A DNA stretch of 64,000 nt. Source: an uncultured bacterium (GTDB lineage: Bacteria; Bacteroidota; Ignavibacteria; Kapaibacteriales; UBA4661). Below are positions 56,839 through 64,000 of the stretch, in pieces. Numbering within the stretch: position 1 is the first letter of the stretch; each line of letters begins with the position of its first letter. The translations under genes and the position numbers were made by a program. The notes beneath the pieces are model-generated. The model searched no databases. It saw only the letters and a program-made list of their open reading frames with translations, and was not told where the DNA came from. The stretch lies in the NCBI GenBank assembly GCA_937899715.1, contig CALCNX010000075.1, forward strand, positions 9,269-73,268. Direction: 5' to 3'.

Positions 56839-59013
56839 GTGAGAAATATTGCATGGATGGCAAACGCATTGTTCAGGGCGGGAATGGCGCTTGTCATTCT
56901 TGTCTTGATGCTGTATTGTTTTCTTACTCGTGCTGTTGCTGGCGATGATGCTCTTGTGCGTCGTCTGGGAGAAGCACGCGAGCAAAAGAACGATACAGCG
57001 CTTGTGCTGGCACTTGCCGACCAAGCATATTCGCGCTGGCTGACCAGTCCCGATGTTGGCATACAGGAGGCGCAAGAAGCTATCGGCATTGCGGAGCGTG
57101 TTGCTTTCCCACGTGGCAAGGCAATCGCGCTTGTTTCCTTAGGGTGGTGCCATTATGTGCGCTCCGAATATGCCGAGGCGATGCGGGCGTTTTTGCAAGG
57201 GCAAGCGCTTGCCGAGCAGACGGGCGACAATGCCACGCTGGGTACGATTTTGCAATACAAAGGCAATCTTTTTCGGCGTGTGTACAAAGACCCCGAACGC
57301 TCTCACCGTGAGCATTTGCGCTCACTTGCACTCATGCCGCCCTTTGCCGATAGCACCAATAGAATGTTGCTCTTGCAGGATATTGGCATAGACGAGCGTT
57401 TGATGAAGCATCCCACTGAAGCGCTGGAGTATTTGAATACAACTGTTACATTTTTCCGTCAGCACAATGATACGGCAAATCTCACGGTGTCATTAGGTTA
57501 TGTGGGAGAGTGCTATGCACTTCGGGGGGAGCATGAAAAAGCCCTTGAATACTACGGGCAGGCAATTTCTTTCGCCAAGTCATTGGGGCTTCGTCGTGCG
57601 CTGGCATTTGATTATGGGCGCTCTGCCAGTAGCCACAATGCGCTTGGGCAGCCGGAAAAGGCTATTGCTGAAGCGTTGAAGGCGGTTCCGCTTGCAAAAG
57701 CTATCGGTACGCAGGATATGATGCCGGAGGTCTATACGGCGCTCACCGAAGGATACCGAGCGCTTCGTAAGTTCGAGGAGGCTTCCACCTATCAAGTGTT
57801 GCTTGTGGAAATACAGGATATGCTCTATGCCGACAAAATTCGTAATACCTTGCTTTTGCAGCAGGCGGACTTCGATGCGCAAAAAATGGATACCCGCTTG
57901 AAAGCACTGGATAACGACAAGCAACTTCAACGGCGCATTGCCTTTGGTCTGGCGGTGCTGGTCGTACTCGTGGCAGTGGCGGGGATGTTTGCTTGGCGCT
58001 ATGCACGACGAGAACACCGAGCGTTTATGCTGGTCGAGGAACGTAATCGCCATATCTCGCAGCAGGCTCAAGAACTTGAAGCCCTGAACACACAGCTTCT
58101 GGTGGCAAATGAAGAAGTGCAACGCCAGTTGCAGATTCAGTCCGAGCAGGCACAACAGCTTGAAATTTCACAAACAGAAACCCGTCAGACAAACGAGCAT
58201 TTAGAGCACATCAATGAAGAATTGCTTCGTTCTAATGCGGAGAGAGCCAAGCAGCAATCGGCATTGGAAGCATTGAACCGTGAACTTTCATACAAAAATC
58301 AGGCGCTCTCAGATGCCGAGCGCTTTCGGTTGAATATGCTAGGTATTGTTTCGCATGATTTGAAAAATCCTATCAGTACCATTATCGGTTTGTCCAACGT
58401 TTTGCTTGATGATAATTCAACGCACGACCCCAGAACGCAAGATATGCTGCGCCATATCAACGAGTCCGGTGAGCGTATGGGTGCGCTTGTACGGGATTTG
58501 CTGGATACGGCGGCACGAGGCGTTGGCAAAATGAACGTGCATCTGCAGCCGACCGAACTCAAAGATATTGTTGCGGGCGTGTTGGCGCACCACATTCATT
58601 CTGCCGAGCGCAAAGAGCAAACGCTTATTTTTAGTCCACACGAGGAAGTATGGGTGGTGGGAGATGTGCAGCGATTATTCCAAGTGTTCGATAATTTGAT
58701 TGGCAATGCAATAAAATACTCCCCGATTGCAGGGACAATCTGGATAACAGTTGCTCACCACGACGGAAAAGCCCGATTTACAGTCAAAGACGAAGGTGTC
58801 GGGTTCACGGCAGAAGACAAAGTGCGGGCATTCGGCTTTTTTCAAAAGCTCTCTGCCAAGCCGACCGGCGATGAGCCGTCAAGCGGCATCGGCTTGGCAA
58901 TCGTGCGGCAGATTGTGGATATGCACAACGGCGCGGTCTGGATAGAAAGCGAAGCGGGACAAGGTGCAATGATGATTGTGGAGTTGCCGCTTCTCCAAAA
59001 AGAGCATAGATAA
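56839..59013 (+). CDS. TPR-repeat sensor histidine kinase; the most divergent member of the shared-module family.
   Basis: N-terminal TM helix, TPR-like repeats, a second TM helix (IAFGLAVLVVLVAVAGMFAW), a coiled coil, the H-box NMLGIVSHDLKNPI and the C-terminus FGFFQKLSAKPTGDEPSSGIGLAIVRQIVDMHNGAVWIESEAGQGAMMIVELP. Confidence 0.8.
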   Translation: MRNIAWMANALFRAGMALVILVLMLYCFLTRAVAGDDALVRRLGEAREQKNDTALVLALADQAYSRWLTSPDVGIQEAQEAIGIAERVAFPRGKAIALVSLGWCHYVRSEYAEAMRAFLQGQALAEQTGDNATLGTILQYKGNLFRRVYKDPERSHREHLRSLALMPPFADSTNRMLLLQDIGIDERLMKHPTEALEYLNTTVTFFRQHNDTANLTVSLGYVGECYALRGEHEKALEYYGQAISFAKSLGLRRALAFDYGRSASSHNALGQPEKAIAEALKAVPLAKAIGTQDMMPEVYTALTEGYRALRKFEEASTYQVLLVEIQDMLYADKIRNTLLLQQADFDAQKMDTRLKALDNDKQLQRRIAFGLAVLVVLVAVAGMFAWRYARREHRAFMLVEERNRHISQQAQELEALNTQLLVANEEVQRQLQIQSEQAQQLEISQTETRQTNEHLEHINEELLRSNAERAKQQSALEALNRELSYKNQALSDAERFRLNMLGIVSHDLKNPISTIIGLSNVLLDDNSTHDPRTQDMLRHINESGERMGALVRDLLDTAARGVGKMNVHLQPTELKDIVAGVLAHHIHSAERKEQTLIFSPHEEVWVVGDVQRLFQVFDNLIGNAIKYSPIAGTIWITVAHHDGKARFTVKDEGVGFTAEDKVRAFGFFQKLSAKPTGDEPSSGIGLAIVRQIVDMHNGAVWIESEAGQGAMMIVELPLLQKEHR

Positions 59014-59028
59014 GTGCCGCTCCTTTTT

Positions 59029-60018
59029 CTACTCCTTCGGTTTCCAACCGTAGGTGATGTACTCCCGGTCAAACGACCCGTCATCGTAGAGATTTACCAC
59101 CGCATAGCCCGGTTCGCAGTCTTGCCATGCACCTTTCCACCATGCGCCGCTTACTGCACCATCGCAGAAATATGTTACGCCCGTGTAATCAAGCCTGTCA
59201 ACAAGGTGGGTGTGTCCGGAGAGGCAGACCTTCACGTTCGGGAATTTGCGAAAAAGCTGCTGAATTTGCAGCCCGTCGGCGTGCATGAGATTGCGCTGAA
59301 TTGTCCAATCGCTGTTATGTTCTTGCTTGCGGAGAAAAAACGCTGAGGTCATGCTGAGAATAGGGATGTGCGACAGTATGAGGATAGGTGTTGTAGGCTT
59401 GACCGAAGCAAGTTCGCCGCGCAGCCATTCATATTGCTCACTGTCCAACCGCGCTTCGTAGCCAATGTTTCCGCGCGATTGTGTGCTATCCAGCACAATA
59501 AAATGCCATCCGGCTTGTGCAAAACTGTAATAGCGATTTGGCATTCCATATACTTCTACTGCCCATTTTTTGCCGTAACGTGCTTCGTTCCCTTTGGCAC
59601 CACTCTTGTCCTGAAGCCATCCCCATACGTCGTGATTACCAATGCAGTGCCGGATGGGAATTTTGGTTTCACGCTTCAGCGTTTCAAAAAAAATATCCCA
59701 CTGAAGTTGAGTGCGTTGCTCGTTTTGTTCTAAGCCGTCGAAAATTCCATCTCCGCCATTTAGCAGCAGGTCGGGTTTGTCTTGAAGTGCGTTAATATGC
59801 CGTAGGCAAGCCGCCATACCTTCTTGAGCGCCACGTTCGGGCTGCACGTGGACATCGGTAAAGTGTGCAATGCGAAGAACACGCTTGCGGTCATTGGCAA
59901 ACGGGAGCGAGAGGGAAGTATCGTGTGCTTCTAACGCTGCGCCGGAAGCTAGTAACGCCGCCGACGAAGCCATAGAGTGCTTGAGAAATGAGCGTCGGGA
60001 AGGAGAGGAGGAGGGCAT
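59029..60018 (-). CDS. Calcineurin-like metallophosphoesterase with a Tat-type signal peptide.
   Basis: N-terminus MPSSSPSRRSFLKHSMASSAALLASGAALEA. Metallophosphatase motifs DVHV, GDGIFD, GNHD and GHTH. Confidence 0.8.
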   Translation of the reverse strand: MPSSSPSRRSFLKHSMASSAALLASGAALEAHDTSLSLPFANDRKRVLRIAHFTDVHVQPERGAQEGMAACLRHINALQDKPDLLLNGGDGIFDGLEQNEQRTQLQWDIFFETLKRETKIPIRHCIGNHDVWGWLQDKSGAKGNEARYGKKWAVEVYGMPNRYYSFAQAGWHFIVLDSTQSRGNIGYEARLDSEQYEWLRGELASVKPTTPILILSHIPILSMTSAFFLRKQEHNSDWTIQRNLMHADGLQIQQLFRKFPNVKVCLSGHTHLVDRLDYTGVTYFCDGAVSGAWWKGAWQDCEPGYAVVNLYDDGSFDREYITYGWKPKE

Positions 60019-60172
60019 ATCGGTATCAAAAAATGAGTGGGAGAATGGATTTGGTGAACACCTGCAAAATAGGCTATTTACATGGAAAAATCAACCTTCT
60101 GTGGTCGTCTGTGTAACATTTTCGCGTGGTTCTGCGTAGGCAAAGAATAACTTTTTTGTACATCATTTTTTA

Positions 60173-60877
60173 TTGACAGCTATGAAAACGACACACTTCT
60201 TGAAAAGCGCATTCTCTCTTGCGTTTGCAGCTCTTACTTTCGTTGCTTTTGCCACCACATCCTTACAAGCACAGTTCTTCTGGGGCAATGGTACACGAGG
60301 CTCTGGCAAAATTGTATCTGATACCCGTGAGTTATCGGAGTTTTCCAAAGTTCATCTGACCGGTAGTGGTGACGTGGTGATTACCAAAGGTACAAAGCGC
60401 GAAGTGCGCGTGGAAGCAGATGATAACGTTATTGAAAGCGTCCGCACGGAAGTCGGAAGTGACGGCACGTTGACGCTCGGTTTGAAAAAAGGCTCGTGGA
60501 ACAATGTCCATTTGAAATATACTATCGTCAACCCGACGCTTGAAGGTGTGGATATTAGCGGAAGTGGTTCGATAAATGTAGAGAGCGATTTTGATGCAAA
60601 GCAAATGCAGAGCGGTATTAGCGGAAGTGGCTCGGTTCGGTTCAAAGGCGGTAAAACGGCACGGCACGAAATACGAATTAGCGGCAGCGGAAGCGTGATG
60701 GCGGATAATCTCGAAGCAGACGATGTTACCGTAGAAATTTCTGGTTCCGGCAGCGCAAACGTTCATGCGAAGAAAACCCTCAATGCGCAAATACGCGGCA
60801 GTGGCGATGTTTACTACAAAGGCTCACCGTCTATTACTCAATCCATTCGTGGAAGTGGTTCGCTTGTCAAACGATAA
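60173..60877 (+). CDS. Secreted protein with repeats resembling a DUF2807 / GIN domain (putative adhesin head).
   Basis: Signal peptide MTAMKTTHFLKSAFSLAFAALTFVAFATTSLQA. The motif (I/V)SGSGS(V/A) recurs about every 25-30 aa. Confidence 0.6.
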   Translation: MTAMKTTHFLKSAFSLAFAALTFVAFATTSLQAQFFWGNGTRGSGKIVSDTRELSEFSKVHLTGSGDVVITKGTKREVRVEADDNVIESVRTEVGSDGTLTLGLKKGSWNNVHLKYTIVNPTLEGVDISGSGSINVESDFDAKQMQSGISGSGSVRFKGGKTARHEIRISGSGSVMADNLEADDVTVEISGSGSANVHAKKTLNAQIRGSGDVYYKGSPSITQSIRGSGSLVKR

Positions 60878-60924
60878 TGAAGCGGTTCGCTTGAAAAGGC
60901 GATAATCCAAAAATACTCAGCCCA

Positions 60925-61000
60925 ACCGTGTGGCTTTCTGTGGTGAGGTTTTATCCTGAAGCCACACGGTGAGAGGGCTGGTGCTGAGTAAATACCCTCA
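60925..61000. terminator. Long imperfect hairpin between two convergent genes; a candidate bidirectional terminator.
   Basis: ctcagcccaaccgtgtggcttt pairs with aagccacacggtgagagggctggtgctgag. It is followed by the palindrome cgtttcg-caa-cgaaacg at 61087-61103. Confidence 0.5.
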
Positions 61001-61134
61001 GAGTGCAGCGATGATTCTGATTGAATTTTTACACAGCTGCTACTATTCACAAAATGAAATTACTTCTGAAAATTGACATGAAGAAACGTTTCGCAACGAA
61101 ACGGATTGAATTGCAATGAACGGGAAGGATAGGC

Positions 61135-62433
61135 TCAAAACATAGCAAGGATGATATGAACAGCTTTGAGAGCTGCTCTTTTGAAGGGGTGAAGCATGGC
61201 ATTACCAGCAATGCGGCGTACACGCGAAAAGTATTGCGGGGCAAAATATGAGCTGGAGGGTTTCGGATGAGAGTGCAAAATGTTGTAATAGACTTGCTCC
61301 ACGCTGCGAGCATGGTGCTTACTGTCGAAATGAGCAACAGCGAATGCACGTCCCGCGTTCTGCAAATGTACCAACTCCATTGGCTGACTAAAGACGGTAT
61401 GAAGAGCTTCCGCTATGCTTTCCGGCGATTGTGGTTGCACTCTGAGTCCGACACCCGGAGGAACCACCTCGCGTACACCCGTAATATCGCTGCCAATAGT
61501 GGCTACGCCGCAGGCTTGTGCTTCCGCCAGTACCCGTCCCATTCCTTCAACTCCTTCGTGCGAGGGCAAAATAAGAGCATCCATTGCCTGCATCCATTGC
61601 CAAATATTTTCGCGTTGCCCCAAATGCCAAATATCTTCGCTTAAACCTGCTTCCGCTATGGCTGTCTGAAGGCATAATTCTACCTCGTGCTCCAGTGCCG
61701 AGCCGAGCATAAGCGTCAAGGGAAGCAGCTCCGGCGTAGTGGATTTCATTATCCTGAGTGCTTCGACCAAGTCAAAAATTCCTTTTCCCTCTTTTATTTG
61801 TCCTACAAACCCCAGAATCCGTCTGTTTTCAGGGATTCCCAGCAATCGGCGCTGTCGATATTTGTTGGCGATGGGCTTGAAGTGCTCTGAATCTACACCA
61901 TTGTAAATGGTTCGATATTTTGAGTGTGTGCCAGAAATTGTATCTCGTGGTATGCGTTTTTGAAGTGGTTGGGTGCAATTCTGACCAAAACGTTCCTTTG
62001 CCACGCCCTCGGATACACAAATCACTGACGACGCGAGTGCTGTGTTGATGCGGTCAAATTTTTCTCGCTCGGAAAGGCGCACGTGCCAGATAAGCGGAAT
62101 ACGGGCTATTTGCGCCGCAATGCCGAATACAAACGTATCGCGCTCGTGGTCGGGGTGAACAATCGTGATGCGCTCCTCTTCCAAGATACGAAGTGCTGTA
62201 CGAATTGTGGCGGCAATATTGGGCAAATGCTTGGGTTTGATGCTGTCCAGTAAAGGCATTGTCAGGACTTTACAGCCAAGCGCTTCTGCTTTGGTACTCA
62301 ATTCTCCGCGCTCTTGACAAAGAAGAAGTGGTGTGAAGCGTGTGCGGTCGAGGTGTTTGATGAGGTCGAGCATACTTTTTTGACCACCCATGCGGGCATG
62401 GTCGAAGTGGCTGACAAACAAGATACGGTGCAT
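61135..62433 (-). CDS. Family GT4 glycosyltransferase (GT-B fold, Glycos_transf_1).
   Basis: C-terminal motif ILPSHEGVEGMGRVLAEAQACGVATIGSDITGVREVV (the EX7E region) and the N-terminus HRILFVSHFDHARMGGQKS. The start is taken at the internal Met. Confidence 0.8.
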   Translation of the reverse strand: MHRILFVSHFDHARMGGQKSMLDLIKHLDRTRFTPLLLCQERGELSTKAEALGCKVLTMPLLDSIKPKHLPNIAATIRTALRILEEERITIVHPDHERDTFVFGIAAQIARIPLIWHVRLSEREKFDRINTALASSVICVSEGVAKERFGQNCTQPLQKRIPRDTISGTHSKYRTIYNGVDSEHFKPIANKYRQRRLLGIPENRRILGFVGQIKEGKGIFDLVEALRIMKSTTPELLPLTLMLGSALEHEVELCLQTAIAEAGLSEDIWHLGQRENIWQWMQAMDALILPSHEGVEGMGRVLAEAQACGVATIGSDITGVREVVPPGVGLRVQPQSPESIAEALHTVFSQPMELVHLQNAGRAFAVAHFDSKHHARSVEQVYYNILHSHPKPSSSYFAPQYFSRVRRIAGNAMLHPFKRAALKAVHIILAMF

Positions 62434-62669
62434 AGTGTTATTCCCAAGTGGTGGAGAAATCACAAAGCAGAAGTGGTGCAGCAAGTATGCGCGATGTGCT
62501 TGATAACGCGGAGGCTGCAAGAGAGGCTTTGCGCTGCGACTATTCAAGAGCGAAATTACGCTTGAATCCGCAAGGAGAGGAATGCTATGCAATAAACTGG
62601 AAATGAGCGCAATAGACAGGAGAAACCGTAGGTGCGGGAAGAGAAACGAGAATCTTTGAACGATGCTGG

Positions 62670-63533
62670 TTAACGCCGTAGATTCAGGACTGCTTGGAGA
62701 CGCGATTTGTATGTGCGGGTAAATTTGAGTTTTGTTCCATCGTTGAGAACAACCACACCGTCGCTGTGCGTGGAGTGTTGAAGTTCTTGAATGGCATTGA
62801 CGTTGACAATAATGGAGCGGTGAATACGCAGGAATATTGCAGGGTCAAGTCGCGTTTCCAATATGTGCATCCGTTCCCGCAGGAGATAGGTTTTTTGCTT
62901 CGTATGGATTTCAGCGTAATAAGTATCCGCTTCTATCCAATCAATGTCCTGCGTTTTTACGACGACAGCCCGCCCACGTGAATTGAGCGTGATATGCTCC
63001 CAATATTCGTTCTCGCCGTGCGTGTCATTGTTCTCGTTCTCTGCGGTTTGCTGGGTGTAAAGAGGATGTTCGTTGAGAAATTCCAAGAGTCGAGTGGTCA
63101 GATTGTCCATTTTCTGCTGTCGGCGCATTTTTTTTGCGCGTTCTACGGTCTGAAAAAAGCGCTCCTCGTCAACGGGTTTCAAAAGATAATCCACAGCGCT
63201 GGAGTCAAATGCTTTGAGAGCATAACGGTCAAATGCGGTGATGAACACCACGACGGGAATCTGTGACGGCTCAAGCGTTTGAAGTACATCAAAGCCGTTC
63301 ATTTTCGGCATTTGAATATCCAAAAAAACAATATCCGTTGCGGTTGCGTGCAGAAATTCAACCGCCTCAAAGCCGTTAGCACATTCACTAACCGAGGCGA
63401 TTTCGCTGTCACCTTGCAGCATCATGCGGATATTTTGACGTGCCAAATCCTCGTCGTCCACGAGGAGAACATTGTAACGGTTTGGTGTGGCGACAGCCTC
63501 TGCTACGCGCGAAAGAATTGTGGTTGAATCCAT
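62670..63533 (-). CDS. Response regulator of the LytTR family (REC + LytTR DNA-binding domain).
   Basis: REC motifs (YNVLLVDDEDLARQNI and the acceptor D in VFLDIQMPKMNGFD) and the LytTR domain (VVKTQDIDWIEADTYYAEIHTKQKTYLLRERMHILETRLDPAIFLRIHRSIIVNVNAI). Confidence 0.85.
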   Translation of the reverse strand: MDSTTILSRVAEAVATPNRYNVLLVDDEDLARQNIRMMLQGDSEIASVSECANGFEAVEFLHATATDIVFLDIQMPKMNGFDVLQTLEPSQIPVVVFITAFDRYALKAFDSSAVDYLLKPVDEERFFQTVERAKKMRRQQKMDNLTTRLLEFLNEHPLYTQQTAENENNDTHGENEYWEHITLNSRGRAVVVKTQDIDWIEADTYYAEIHTKQKTYLLRERMHILETRLDPAIFLRIHRSIIVNVNAIQELQHSTHSDGVVVLNDGTKLKFTRTYKSRLQAVLNLRR

Positions 63534-63565
63534 TGTCAAAAAAATTTTGAGTGTTCGCAAAGGAG

Positions 63566-64000
63566 TTATGCCGCAAGTTCGAGCGGCAAGCACAGCCGAG
63601 CAGATACGCCGCCATCGGGGCGATTCGTTAATTCAAGCGAAGCCTTATCGCCGTAAATATGCTGCAAACGTGACAGAACATTATTCAAACCAATGCCTGC
63701 CGAATGAGTGATATTCCAGTTCGGCGGCAATCCAACGCCATTGTCCGCAATTTCAATGCAGAGAAACGATGATTCGTCGTGCCGGGAGTGACGGGAAGCC
63801 GTAATATGAATAATCCCAACTGAGCCTATATAGTTCGCCAGTCCGTGCTTGACGGCATTTTCAACAAGAGGTTGCAGAATAAGATTGGGTAACTGTGCTT
63901 CCAATACATCTGGGGCAACGGTAAGTTTGTGAATAAGTTTATTTTGGAAACGAATTTCTTCAATGGAAATATAGCGGCGAATAAAGCTCAGTTCTTGCTC
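63566..64000 (-). CDS. Sensor histidine kinase of the LytS/YehU type (His_kinase + HATPase_c). Only the C-terminal part is in the window; the gene continues beyond the window end.
   Basis: LPNLILQPLVENAVKHGL...IEIADNGVGLPPNW...GIGLNNVLSRLQHIYG is the ATPase domain typical of LytS-family kinases. The gene lies directly upstream of the LytTR regulator on the same strand. Confidence 0.7.
   Translation of the reverse strand, partial: EQELSFIRRYISIEEIRFQNKLIHKLTVAPDVLEAQLPNLILQPLVENAVKHGLANYIGSVGIIHITASRHSRHDESSFLCIEIADNGVGLPPNWNITHSAGIGLNNVLSRLQHIYGDKASLELTNRPDGGVSARLCLPLELAA

Noticed and set aside
1-64000. CRISPR arrays, tRNA genes or rRNA genes
   Set aside because: I saw no regularly spaced short direct repeats and no tRNA-like cloverleaf candidates while reading the intergenic regions. 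The intergenic space is small and dominated by the palindromic elements described. A tRNAscan or CRISPR-finder run would be needed to be certain.

Overview
The window is a sensor-kinase island, probably from an FCB-group bacterium (Bacteroidota/Chlorobiota/Ignavibacteriota-like). The evidence for that placement is the T9SS C-terminal sorting domains, the Reg_prop/Y_Y_Y periplasmic sensors and a GC content near 50%. In 64 kb there are about 20 histidine kinase genes plus one methyl-accepting chemotaxis protein, almost all on the + strand. Seventeen kinases and one truncated remnant share a single, very conserved C-terminal transmitter module (linker ...EKNEFLGIAAHDLKNPL..., C-terminus ...LSNAVKYSPHGK...[67 protein letters not shown]). 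The N-terminal sensors differ from gene to gene: beta-propeller/Y_Y_Y, TPR, 7TMR-DISM, multi-PAS, GAF, REC and novel domains. Two further kinases use a different catalytic core (HEINNPNA type). Only two response regulators (LuxR-type and LytTR-type) are present. Inside the island sit several things worth attention. One is a two-gene split-borosin RiPP cassette: a SonA-like precursor plus an OphMA/SonM-like alpha-N-methyltransferase. Another is an RsbQ-like alpha/beta hydrolase translationally adjacent to a PAS-kinase gene that appears frameshifted. Others are an MCP preceded by a kinase C-terminal remnant, T9SS cargo proteins (an IPT/TIG-repeat protein and a Tat-signal intradiol dioxygenase-like protein), a DUF1111 di-heme protein, and long nested palindromic elements placed immediately downstream of several kinase stop codons. 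All calls come from reading the translated ORFs and the raw sequence. No database search was run. Identifications by similarity to OphMA, SonA and RsbQ rest on sequences recalled from memory.
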